Below the pieces are notes generated by a model. It was not told the origin of the DNA, made no database searches, and saw only the letters and a list, made by a program, of their open reading frames with translations. Position numbers and translations under genes: made by a program. From contig RSEE01000006.1 in NCBI GenBank assembly GCA_003971905.1, positions 248,001-312,000 of the forward strand: 64,000 nucleotides of DNA. Reading direction: 5' to 3'. Source of the stretch: Moniliella sp. 'wahieum'. Lineage: Eukaryota. This document shows positions 36,774 to 49,280 of this stretch, piece by piece (positions within the stretch are counted from its first letter, which is position 1; each line of letters begins with the position of its first letter).

Positions 36774-37866
36774 TCCGATCGACGAGGGTGGCTTAGGAAG
36801 TCTTGTGTCGACCTTCTACTTCCTGTATCCGGAATCCTGCCTCAACCCAGTGGGCGTACAACTTCCTGGTTATTGATTGTTCCTGTCGCTTTTGTGGTAC
36901 TGCACATTACCCCATAATCACCATGTTGCTGGGGTGGAGGCAAAGCGGTCCTAACAAGCATGTTCAATGTGGTCCAGCGCTTCGAGGCAGGCATGGAGAA
37001 AGTATGGTGGGGGTAACACGGGTTGTCAAGAGTTGGGGCCCTGCGGTAAACGTTACCACCCACACTCCTTCAATCTTCGGCTTCTGTCACGCCTTACAGG
37101 CAATACCGATGGCTCGGACATGCCCAGTGGGGGTGCGGTCCTGACCGGAGAGGCCAGGAAGTGGATACATTTTGAGAAGGAGAGCCGGTGTGGATTCAGG
37201 AGGAACCCTTAAATGATTAACAGCCGATGCTGGTGATCACAGAGGCTCGAGCGCAACTCTGAATCCATGCGCCGAGAGAGAAACGCATGGTTCCGTTCCC
37301 AGGACAGCATGCATGGCTACTAGTCTGGACCACGTCTATGTCACCCAGATGGAACTTCCTGGAACGTCTGATCGTCGCTATATCGAACAAACATCGCATA
37401 GAATAGAGAGCCTGGTGCATATCGATCATCATTGACTTCAACCTACTCTACTAAAGAGAGACGGCTGAAACTGATGCAGGAGCGGAGCAGGGTGACTGGT
37501 AAGGGCGAATGGGAAGGATCGGGGGGGTCAAACGTACACAGATCATGAAGGATCGTAAGAAGCTTGATGCAGGCCTGAGGTGCCAGAGCGAAGGGGAGGG
37601 TGCGATCAGGTCGATCAGGGAGGCATGGTACAGCGAGCAGGTTGTGGTATACTGAAGATGGCGGAGGGACTGGAAAGACCGGAGAAGGTGTATGCAGGTG
37701 CGACCTGGTGCGACTAGGCGCCTAGCGCCCCCAACGCACACTTACGTGCACAGTCTCAGGCATCATCTTTCTTCTCATCCAACTGCTTGTCCAGCTTCTC
37801 GTCGCTGGGCCGGTCGCTGGGCGGGAGGCATCAACAGCCGGCGCCATAAACCGATCGCCCACGTGC

Positions 37867-39489
37867 TCACTCATCTTCGCCTTCGATTCGCTGGGTGCCC
37901 GAGGGTCTTGTGCCCACCACCGCATCCTCTTCAAACTTGGCTCCGTGCTCTTCCCTCCCAACCACAATCACGGCCAAAAGGTACGCACACACGACGCCCA
38001 GCAAGATGCCCGATACCGTGGCGTAATCGGGCAAGCGGGGTTTGTTGTCTGGCCCAGCGGGCTTACTGGGGTCAAAGCGGGGGTTGGCAATCGTAATGCC
38101 CTCACCACCGCGCGTCTCGATCTGCGCGGAGGAGGAGGAGACCATGTTACCCAGTTGGTAGGCCAGGCCACCATAGGTTGCCCGAAACCCAGGCGGTGAA
38201 ATCTCAGAGAGGTAGACCGGCACCACACCCCATGCGCCCTGCACGCCAAACTGGATCCAGAATGCGCCAGCAGCCAAACCACTAAAGCTGGTAGGCAGGA
38301 TCCAGGCAGGGATGAGTACACCCGAGAGTACGACAAAGATGGCCATGGTCAAACGACGGCCAAGCCATTGCGAAATGTATCCGGCCAGGGTACCGCCGAC
38401 AATGGCCCCGCAGTTGGAAATGATGGTGGCCTTGGAAGCCAGTTGGCTTGCCTCCTTGCTGGGCAGTGTGGCAAGCTTGACCTTCTCGATCATGGTAGGG
38501 TACAAGTCCTCTAATTACATAGTGGGACAGATCAGCCAAAAGTTGCATACAGAGAGATGTAGTGGGGAGGGAAAATGATATGAGACGTACGAGAAGAATG
38601 GCTGAGCCAGTTAAAGCCTGACATGAGGAGGATACCATAGATGCAGCGGATCCAGTGCTGCTTGAGCATGTCGCCCATGTCAGCGAGATACTTGCGGACC
38701 TTGGTCCGGGTCGAAGTATCGACACCCGCTTCGGCTGCTTCGCGCTGTGCCTTCTTGTGTTCAAGGAACAGTTCCGACTCCCACACGATCGCACGCACTC
38801 CAGCAGCAAAGAGTGAGAAAGCGGCGCCAAACCAGAAAAGGATCTTCCAGTTGCCTGTCCGGTTGACCACAGATACATTGACCGAGGCCGCCAAAAGGTA
38901 GCCCAGGGCGTAGCATTGCTGCAGCACGCCGCTGAACAGACCACGAGGGGCAGCGGGCATGTTCTCCAACGCAGTGGCTGTGGCCATGCCCCAAATTCCA
39001 CCTGGCAAGCGCGATCACATTAGTCTCGAGTCTTTTTTCGGGAAAGCAGAGGACCACGTACCCATAAAGATGCCAAAGAGCGAGCGCACAGCGAGGAAGG
39101 GCCCGTAAGATTTGCAGTAAGAGGTGGAGAGAGAGGAGCGGAAATGCAGAGAAGGTTGACAAAGAGGGGCCACTTGCGTCCAAAGCGGTCGGAGATGAGG
39201 CCAAAGATGACGGCACCAAGGGGGCGGAAGAGAAGGGTCAAGGTGATGGAGGTGGTAATGTCGTTGGTCGACTTGCCGTAGAGAGCGGAGAGGTGGGTGT
39301 TGGCGAGGCTCACAGAGAAGAAGTCAAGTGCGTCGCACGTCCAGGCGAGCATGCCGGTGATGAGGTAGATGTACTGCTTGAGGTTGAGCATACAGGCGAG
39401 CTTGATGAGGTTTTGGTCTCGCCGTGGCGGTCGGCGATGCGCTGGTCGCGCGTGGGCAGCTTGAAGAGCCCATGGGTGAAGTCGTACAT
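37867..39489 (-). CDS. JEN1: Jen1-like carboxylate:H+ symporter (MFS, SHS family); introns 38511-38590 and 39002-39061
   Basis: AWTCDALDFF, TLLFRPLGAVIFGLISDRFGRKWP, FMG|GIWG, RGLFSGVLQQCY, signature NWLSHSS|QDLYPT, GLAYQLGN. Confidence 0.93.
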
Positions 39490-40669
39490 GGCGGCGCTGG
39501 GGAGGGTGGTGGTGGTGGTGGTGTGTGGGGGGGGGGGCGCCGGTTGGGCCTTATAAAGCCGAGGGAGAGCGCAGAGAGCGCGCGGGCGATCTCTACGCAG
39601 TGGCAACCTATTCGACCCTATTCGACACGCAGGCGTGTTCCTACTCTGCCCTGCCCTGCCTTGCTCCCCCTTGGCGCTAGTCTCGCACCGCCTGGGCCCG
39701 CCCCGCTGCGGCCCCGTGCATCCTCTCCGCAGGGGGCCAGTCAACTACTATCTCCCAATCTCCGCACCCAGCCCCCGCAGCCCCCGCCCGCACGCGGGGA
39801 TCACACAGGACACTGCCCCCCCGCCGCTTGCAAGTGCGAAAAAGCCGCTCCGACGCATTCTGGCTCGGCCCGTCGGCAGCAGCTGCCGGCCCTCCCTCCT
39901 CGCGTGCGGGGAGCGCATGGCAGTAGCCCAGTCTCATGCACCGTGCCACACATTCATCATGCATCATACATCATGCATCACGCGCCCTCATCCATTCGCG
40001 CGCATCGAGGCCCTCGTCTGCGGACACTGCCCCCCGGCCCATCGTGCTCCAATCGGTGCTGTGCCAGGCCTTGCCCCGCTTTTGCCGGGCAGGGCAGTGG
40101 CATGCCGATCGAGGATCGGTAGCAGACCGGATGCGAGTGCGTGGCTACGCGAGGAGAACATCTGCATCACACATCATCCATCTCATCGGCTGCGCCGTTT
40201 TGCCTGCGTCTTTCTTTTTTGACTAAAGCGCACTAAAGCTACTCCGTACTCATCCCCATCCCACCGGCTCAGAAGGCCCACAGCTGAGGCCCTCAGCACT
40301 GTGTTTGCCCGCCCCGCCCCGCCCCGCTTCAAGCTTCAAGCTAGTCAAGCCTCACCGGCCCCACCCAACCCGACGGCGGCAGCGGCTGTTTCCTCCGCAG
40401 GTCTTTGCACCGGAGCTGGCACCCTGCGGAGAAAAAGGGTATAAATACCTCTCGATAGGTGCTTTTTGCTTCCCACGTCCTCTGGCGGCCCTTACTTGTC
40501 TTGGCGTCCTTTGCGTCCCTGATGGGGTCAAGGGGATGCCGACGACACTGGTGGAGCGATGCCGTGACAAATACGAAGCGCGTTTGACGTTTGCGCCTGC
40601 TAGTCCTTTTACCGCGGTTAGCGGCGAGAGCCTCCAAACGCAACACGTATGCATAACACCGATTGAGCC

Positions 40670-41062
40670 GCTGATGCATGATGCATGATGCATGATGCTC
40701 CAATAGCCCCCGAGTGCGACACTCCGCATCCGCTCGCCGTGCCCGCGGGGAATCACCCGGCATCGGGGGAGTGTCCGCACCGCCTTTCCTGTCCTGCCGT
40801 GCTCTGCCGTGCTACGCAGTGCTTCGCAGTGCCCGCTTGACCGATTGAGTGGCCAGTGACTAGATGACCGGTGACTAGAACTAGCTAGTAACTAGTAACT
40901 AGTAACTAGCTAGTAACTAGTAATCGAAGTAATCAATGATTAGTACTTAGTGATCGATGATCGCTAATCCAATCCAAGGGCTCTGGTGCGCGGATTTGCG
41001 TGGAGCACATGGCAGAGGCGAGGCAATAATCACTAATCATCGATCAGAGCTCACCGGTCACC
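40670..41062. repeat. Cluster of TNA-palindrome-TNA units between JEN1 and MLH3
   Basis: (TGATGCA)3TGA at 40672, TGA-CCGG-TGA at 40865, (TAACTAG)3 at 40889, TGA-TCGA-TGA at 40951, TCA-TCGA-TCA-GAGC-TCA-CCGG-TCA at 41037. Confidence 0.9.
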
Positions 41063-41309
41063 CAGTGCCGCTTGCCACAGGCTTCGTCGCGTAGAGCGGA
41101 ATGTGAACTGATTGCACCGAGTGCGGAATGGGATTCCCTCATTTAAGCGATTGCCGAGGCGCCTTCGCTTGTGTGCCACAGCCACTGGTCGCTGGAGTCC
41201 CTCCCCCGTCCACTGCCCGCGAGCGATGGGGATGGGATGACGCCCCCTTCTTGTCCCCATGGAGCGCTTCGTCTCTCCCTCGTCTGTTGCGCCCACCGCG
41301 CACGCGCCC

Positions 41310-43914
41310 ATGCCCGCGCCCAGCCCCATCGGCCCAGCACCAAGCCTGCGATTGCGCCCCTGCCCGCCGCCACTGCGGCCCTTGTCGCAGCCAGCACCGC
41401 CTCACCCACCTCGCCGACGTGGCCCAGGCCCTCCTCCACAACGCCCTGGCCGCCCACGCAACCCGTGTATGTATCACGGTCCACCTGCACGACTGGCGCG
41501 TCGATGCACCGACAATGGCCCGGCATGTCCCTGGATCCTACCCTCGCCCAGCTGCGGGAGGAAGTGGAGGCGAACGCAGCGCCCAACCACTTTGCTCGCC
41601 GCGGCTGTTCTAGCCAAGCTGGACATCTGGACCCGCCCGCTGGACGACACGGTGCACGCCTCCTTACTCTTCGTTCGGGAAGAACCACTTTTCATTCGGC
41701 TCCGCTAGGCGTCGATCCTCATGTGCGGACCAAGGTGGTGGTGCGCGACTTGTTCCACTCGCTTCCCATCCGCCGCAAGGCGTTTCCGCGCCCTGAGGAC
41801 AAGGCTGCACTGCGTGCCCAGTGGGAACAGATCAAAAACCGCATCGCGTTGGTCTGCGTCCCACTTGCCTCAGCACCAATCAAGGTAGAACTCGTTCAGG
41901 CGTTGTCCTCATCCAAGGAAGGGTCCTCTTCCGTTCCCCGGCAAGTGCGGGTCTGTCTGGGCGTTACCGCGCCCTGCTTCAGCTTTCTTCGCCCGGGATC
42001 GAACTCACTTGGCTTGAGACGGCGGTCCACCTCCGTTCCGCCCCCTCTTCCCTTCAGATGGAAGGATTGGTGACGTGGCCGTCGGTGAAAGCGCCTAGCC
42101 TCGTGTACCTTAATGGGGAACTAATTCAACCTGATGCGCTTCTGTCTCAGTGGCTTGCCGAACGAGAACTCCACTTGAAGCCACACGCTCCCGTTGCCTT
42201 GAAACCCAAATCCTCCCCCTCACCTGACGCAGGGGATGGTCACCCAACCGCTCACTGCCTTCCTCACCTCCCTCGCAGCCTCCGTGCTGACTAGGACAGC
42301 TCCTGTGGTCGTGATCAGTATTACGCTTGACTTGGCATCGATCCCTCAAGGACCGGGTCAAGCCCAATTTCTCCAAAAGGCTATTGGGGCCGAATGGTAT
42401 TCCCTCTTACGCCATCGCTCCCCACTCAAGCGCCGACGCGATGCCCAGGAGGCCCACACTACTCACACTACCCATCCTACTACCTCCACCCACCCTGTTC
42501 ACCCCTCCTCTCCTGCTGCGCCGAGACGCTCGGCGCGCCTGCAATGTCTTCGTGCCCCTTGCCTCCGTGCCCCCGGTTGCACTGGCGTGGAGGGACCCAA
42601 GTACTCATCAAGTACACCTGGTCGATGCACGGACCGGGAATCGAGTGGAGCTCGAACCCCCTCCTCACGCAGTCAGACGCTTCGTAAACGTCTGCGGGAA
42701 GGATCCATTTCAAGTACTCCTCACCCATCTTCCCGGCCGCGTTGGTTGGACGACAGCCTTGCGTCGGTTCGTCGTCCTGGGTCGGCACTTCGGCCCCGAA
42801 CGACGGCAGAGCGGCCGGAAGGGCAGGACGATCCGGAGCCTGAACAAGAGCGAGAACGCGTGGTGGCCGATGCACCCCTGGAACTTCCCTGCGCTAATAC
42901 AGATAGTACACCCGCTGATCCATCTGCCGCCGATGTGACTGAGCTCGCCGACTTGGCCATCACACGTGCCGCTCTTGCCCTCGGCACGGCTGGTGGGCCA
43001 ATTTGAACGGAAATGTCTGTTGGCCGTGTTGCCGGCCAAGGGGGGAAGCATCCTTGTGGCGGTAGACCAGCACGCCGCGGACGAACGGGTAAGGGTGGAA
43101 ACGTTTTTTCGTTCGTACCTGCATGATTGTCGGTGCGGAGCCAAGTGGGAGGCGGGTCGGATCGAATTGATGGGTGAGGGGAGGGGCGACGAGCCCATCC
43201 GAAGTCGCACCTCTCCTGGACGCGGGCAGGGGGGCATGCCCCCCTCTCCCCCCGCTCCCATTGGAAGCCCAACTGACACCTTCGGCCTTAACTCGCGTTT
43301 GCGCATTGTGCGAAGGCAAGGAGGATCCGGGCTTGGCGGCTGTGTTTCGGAGTATGCTTCTTTATGGGTTCCAGCTCCAGCATGCACGAAGGCGGCATAG
43401 GATGAGCTGGACCCCGGCCTTGGTGGCAGAACGCTGAAGCGCGACGCGTTCGCTCGCTGGTCCCACGCTACCCCGCAAGCAATATTGTGCTCTCCATCCC
43501 TCTTCGCCGAGGGCAGCGTAGGCACAGCGGGAAGGGTGTACAAGGCGGATGGGGGTGGATGGTTCGTGTGCTATCTACCCCGCCACATGTCGATGAAGAA
43601 CACGGGGGGGGGGTGAAAAGAGACGGAGGAAGAGTTAGCACGTTTCTTCGCTTCCTGCCGCCCCGCTGCGTCACATCCTGGAGAGCAAAGCGTGTCGCGG
43701 TGCGATCATGTTTAACGATCGGCTGGACGAGGTTGAGGCCACGGCTCTTCTCACCCGCTTGGCCCAGACTCAGTTCCCTTTCCAGTGTGCCCATGGCCGG
43801 CCTTCTCTCGTTCCGCTCCTCCAGCTCACAGGGTCTGTGGACAAACCCACGGACCTGCCGCCGGCGGAGGCGGAGGTGGACTGGGAGGCGTTTGCAAGGG
43901 AGGGCATGGATTGA
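41310..43914 (+). CDS. MLH3: MutL homologue Mlh3, heavily frameshifted; start approximate
   Basis: N-terminal LLHNALAAHATRV...TDNGPG, TKVVVRDLFHSLPIRRK. C-terminal GQFERK, endonuclease motif DQHAADERVRVE, AIMFNDRL, FPFQCAHGRPS. Confidence 0.9.
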
Positions 43915-44450
43915 GCTGTCGGCTGCAAAACTGGCATTGACGAAGCTTCCCGCCACAGCACCAAGTGGTAGTGCACCCAGTACTATACATCCCCATGTTC
44001 ATACCATCCCCATGTCCACGCAAGGAGGACCACGTTAGTCCCAAGTGGTGTTGGAAGGTTAACTACATGTTGTGTATGGGCCGGGTATATTCAGGGCCAA
44101 ACAGGGCTGCAGACCATATGCATACAGAGAAGCCGCGTCTACACAGTTGCCGTGCCTCGAACGTTGCAGATTGCAGATCCCGGGTAACGATCGGTGAGGC
44201 GGTCAAGTAAGGACGGGTATGGATCGATGATCTCCGGCGTTAGCGCGGGCGTAGCACGGGGTCTGTATCCCGAGGACTAAGACCGCGGTACTTAGTCCTT
44301 ATCCCAATGCTGTGGCTGTCAGCAACGGGACAGTTGGGACAGGCAATCGATCCTCTCTCTGTCTTGCGTGCGGTGGCAAGCTGTTTATTTAGCCTTAGTG
44401 ATCCGTCCGCCCAGCGTTTTTGCCTTCTCTTCTCACCGCCACCACCAGCC

Positions 44451-45187
44451 ATGCCCGCCACGCGTCCGATGCTGCACACGCTCAGCGTCCAGGTCACGTC
44501 CGACACCATCTGCCCCTTTTGCTTCATCGGCCTGCGCAAACTGGAGCAGGCGCTGCGTCTGTCGCCCTTCACCGCGCTCCACTCGTCCTCGCGGATCTTT
44601 GAGCCGGCGGTAGAGTACCTGCCGTACCAACTGGACCCTACCTTGCCGGACGCGCCCATCAACAAGCGCGAGCACTACGCCTCTCTCTTTGGTGCGGACC
44701 GCGTGGCGCCCATGGAAGCTTCGATGAAAGCCCGTGGGGAGGAGGTGGGCATCCACTTTTCCTATGGCGGCGTGCTGCGTAGCACTGTGCTCTCCCATCG
44801 CCTGTTGCTCCAGGCTTACAAGACGGGGGAGGGGCCAGTGCAACATGCGTTCCTGAACAAGGTTATGCCGTTTTACTTTGAGCAGGAGGGCGACCCGGGC
44901 GACCCCGTGGCGCTTGCCCAGCTCGCGGTCGAGGCGGGTGTATTCCCCTCTTCGAGTGAGGCCACGGCCTTTGTGAAATCGGACCAGCTCCTCGCCGAGG
45001 TGGAGAAGGGTTTGCGCGTGCTCGCAAGGCTGGCATTCGTGGTGTGCCCAACTTTGAAATCGTCGCGCAGCCCGTCAATCGGGATGCTCAACCACTTAAG
45101 GCGGAGATCCAGGGCGCACAAGATGTGGCAACATTCGTGTCTGTGTTTGAGGAAATGGGCAAGCGGGCTCAGGCTTGGAGCCGTTGA
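44451..45187 (+). CDS. DsbA/FrnE-like thioredoxin-fold protein
   Basis: VTSDTICPFCFIG, YLPYQLDP, STVLSHRLL, YFEQEGD and, after a frameshift, GIRGVPNF and IQGAQ. Confidence 0.9.
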
Positions 45188-45507
45188 GGGGCCGAGGGCT
45201 GGACATTTGCAATGGCTATTATTCATGGGCTGTTCCTATGCAGAATGCCGGATAGTTACGAGCACGAACACAACAGCAACCACACTGCTCATTGATAGGC
45301 CACCACTTTTGCGCGGATTGTTGATAGTTGATGCCTGATGCCCCATCTCCATTGCCCTCTATGCCTCGAATGGCCTTCTGAGACTTACTTGGCCTGGAGG
45401 AGGTATAACCACCATTTGGTGCGACAGGCTCAAATGGTTGATGATTGATTTTGAATGACGATGATAATAAGAATCTGGCTGATGGGTAGCATCAGTTGTG
45501 CATCGAA

Positions 45508-46255
45508 TTAGTCATTCTTGCGTGGTGCCGCGCGCGCAACAGGGGCGGGACCCGGCAAGGCCGACGACAGCACGCGCCAGGAATCGTACATGAGCCCAGC
45601 TGGGACACAACCCACACAGTGTTCATCACGACGAGGTAGATCCAGAAAAGCAGAACGTCTGTGGCGGGAGGTAAGCTGGGACTGCCAATCAACCACTCGG
45701 GCGCGAACGTCATCTGGACAAGAAGAGGCAGGTCAGGAGCCCGTTCTGATGGGTAGACATCCAGGCGACAGAGGCATACGTACCCAGCATCCATAAATCT
45801 CCCCGGTACCCAAGACCAAGTTACAAAGTGTGCCTGGCCCGTCTTGCCCCGCGCAAAGAGGTAGGCGGTGAGTAGCGCCAAGGGTCCGGCGCCCAGGACA
45901 GTGATGAGCTCAATCGATACCACACAGGGATCGGCATGCGCCCATCGGCTGTCCGCCCGAGAATAGTCGGACCACATGTGTGCGGTGAACCCAAGGGGGC
46001 CTCCATGGTTCAAGGAAGTGGCAACCGTCCGCCCACCCAGGCTCCAATAGACAAAGCTCGCCTCGAGAACAAGGTGGGTCAGCGCATCAAAGCTGTACCA
46101 TAGCCCGCGTAGTAGGCCCAGCGTGTCCGTTTCGTTCCACTTTGCGCAGCGATCCGGTCAAAGAGAAGGTTCAGCACCCAACCCCCGATAACGAGGAGCG
46201 CCACAAATGCCAGGCTACCCAGCGAGAGGGCCGAGATGAGGGGCGTGTCAGCCAT
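45508..46255 (-). CDS. EBP-like (EXPERA, emopamil-binding/sterol isomerase-like) membrane protein; intron 45714-45783
   Basis: FDALTHLVLEASFVY, MWSDYSRADSRW, VVSIELITV, GEIYGCW|MTFAPEWL, FWIYLVVMNTVW. Confidence 0.88.
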
Positions 46256-46712
46256 GGCGCCAAAAAGGGTGTCGTCGATGACAGCGCCGAACCAAATGCG
46301 GTCCCGACGATATTCGCGTGGCATGGCACGCGCGCATTTGGAATCCAATAAATGTTCAATTTGCTTATGCCCCCCCCTACTTCGCCTTTTCCCTTTCTCC
46401 TAATGCTAATGCTAACCTCTAAAGCCTACCTCTCGCCCATTGGCGATCGTTAACCATCCCCTCACCTCTTCCCTGGCCACGCATGCATTATGATGGGGGC
46501 ATAGGATACATGAAAAACCGTCTTTTTGAACACCAAGCCTCCTTCAGGCCCGTACCGGGAGTGAATCGCAAGGGAGAAGGGAAGGGTATGCCTCTCGGCC
46601 GGAGTGGCCAAAGTGCCCAGTCAGATTCGATCGAACGACTGGCATAGCAGCAGGGCGGACAACAAGGGATGGCAGCAGGGGCTTTGGAGCATGAGAGGAA
46701 AGGCGCTAAAGG

Positions 46713-47663
46713 TTATTCGTCTGGGAAGCGGAAGAGCGTGATCTCCTGCTGCTTAAAGTACCTTCTGTTCTCCTCATCAATCAGCACCAGGTTGAGATAG
46801 TACGCGTCGAGAACTTTTTGTTCACGTCGCGGAACGTTGGCGTCAACTCAAAGCCCCCCAAGAACAGGCGGATGGGAATTGTCTCCCCACGAACTGGTGC
46901 CCCATCCATAATCTCAAACTTGGTGATCGTCTCGCTCTCATTGTACTGGTTGGGCGCTGTCAAGGGGGTTAATACAAGGAAGAAAGCAACGAAAGCACAT
47001 CACGTACCCGTCCCTGTTGTCTCGCGGCGGATGATGGAGAGTTCCATGTTCTTGATCTTGATGCGAACAAGCAGGAAGTAGATCTTGCCGACAATGACGT
47101 CTTTGAGGTGGTACTTGGACTTGTTGTATTCAAATTCAATGTGAAACAGTCCTCGATGCCCACCTCCATCTTGATGGGTGCATTGGACTCAGGAGGGACG
47201 AGGAACTGATGGACCCACAACTCCTTCTCTTGTACCACGTCGGCCATCCTGCGCGAGACAGTGGCTCGCAGAAAGTAGCGAGCTTGACATTGATACCGTT
47301 GTAGCTCTCAAATTGCTTTTCCACTTGCTTGAACTCAAATGGCAGGGTTAGTGGTGACGCGGGCTTGACCTCGCCGGCGCCGGAAAGTTGCTGAACGAGG
47401 GAGATGAACTCGTAGTGATTCCCTCGGTCGTAGAAGAGCTCGAGAGATCCAATGAATTCAATCTTCACCCCTTCATGAACAAGCTTCTTGCCATCCTTGG
47501 CACGGAGGATGACGACGCCCTTGACACTCTCCCCATCCACATAGACGGGACACCGCTCCCGCCGGTCCCGTGCGACCTTGACCTCGACACCGGGACGCTC
47601 CTCCTCGCCATCAAGCCGGACCTCGATGTCCAAAGGCGCTCCAAAACCAAAAAAGGACGCCAT
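46713..47663 (-). CDS. VPS26: Retromer subunit Vps26; intron 46957-47007
   Basis: [85 protein letters not shown]. Confidence 0.97.
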
Positions 47664-48069
47664 GGCAGTCAAGAGTTGTTGGTGGAAGTGCTGGTGGCGG
47701 TTGTTGGCCGGATTTGCGGCGCGATTGTTGGTGGTGTGGCCGACGAGGCGAAGTACCCACTTGATAACTCCACGACGCCGACGCTGCGTCGCTTGACGCT
47801 GAGGTCAGCAGGAGAGGGTTTGCAACTTTCAATATTTGGAGTTGCTCCTCTCTCCTCCTTTGGGATATCGTGAACGGCATTCTTCCAAGTCCACTGGCCA
47901 TCAAGTCCCGGGGCTCTACTCCATCAACCTACTGGCGGGACGAACAGCATACTAGGCTGGGGTCTCATCCTTCATCGTCACCATGGCTGAGAGCCTGACC
48001 AATGTGGCATGGTCCTGGTAACTGTCCCTATCACCATAAGAGTTTTTGGGATAATTGCCCGAGTCCCTT

Positions 48070-48912
48070 TCAGACCCTTTGTCCCGCTTGCCTATTCCAT
48101 TCAACCAGCTCGGTCAACGTCACCCCGGATCCACCAAAGATGTCGAGCGCAGAACCAAATGTCAAGTCGACTGTGCCGTTGGACAGGCGGTCGACGAGCT
48201 CCATGTCACCCACGTGCCGCGCACCCCCTGCATAGGTCACGCCAAACTCGGGGCGCCTCCGGCGGTACTCGACAAGCCATGCGCCAACGTCGAGACCAGC
48301 TGCTCGTCAATCCCCCCACCAACCCTTCAACATCCGCAGCGTGAATGAGGAACTCGCTGCAGTGCTCAGCAAGGCGCGAGAGGCTTTCTCCTTCGATCGC
48401 TAGGTCGGTAAGGTCTTGCCACCGGTTCATCGCCACACACCACTCTGTCCCTTTGCCCGGCACACGACGGCAGCTCAGGTCGACCACCAGCTTGTCCCGC
48501 CCCACAGCCTGTTCCAGTGCCAGTAGACGTTCCATGGAAAACACTGCGCCGGGGAAGAGGTACGAAGTGACAATGACCTTACCGGCGCGCGCGTCCTTGT
48601 GGCTATCCACCCAGTCCGCTGCGTTTTCGAGTGTGATCCCCCCCCAACTTGGAGATGATCAGGCCACGCAGCGAGCGCCTCCTGGGCTGCTTCATCATTG
48701 CGGGATCCGAGCTTGATGACGTGGCCACCTTCAAGCCCATGCTGGGCATAGAGTCGCGCAAAGTGGGCTGGCGGTAAGGTGGATGTATGGTTGGTCTGCA
48801 AGGATTTGGAGACCGTGTCGTCGCGCAGGGTGCCGCCTACAATCTGCTTGACCACCCCGTCATGAAGATCGATGCAAGGGCGGAACAGGCTGCGGCGCGG
48901 TGGGGCAGCCAT
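48070..48912 (-). CDS. HIS6: ProFAR isomerase (histidine biosynthesis)
   Basis: [86 protein letters not shown]. Confidence 0.96.
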
Positions 48913-49280
48913 CGCGGAAACGGAGCGAGAGAAATGGTGGGGAGGGAACAGGTTGGTTGTCATCGCCAACAGCTTGATTAAGTCCGTCACTTGCACTCTG
49001 CGCAATGTATTTTTTGAGCGGTCGTATCTTGGACATCTTGTGCGAGGGCAAACCCCCCCCCGAGAAATCAAAAGGAAAAAGAAATTCAAACCCCTCTATG
49101 TCCGTTTACCTCCGTTGCGCGGCCAGATGTTGATGAGATGAAACTTTGACGCCATCGTTGACTTGTTCGGTGATCATCGATCGCCGCTATCCATCCAACC
49201 GGCTTTTAGGCGAAAAAAAATCGTACTGGTCTTGTCTGGCTCTCGACCACGAACGAACGACACGTACGCCAACGCTTGCG

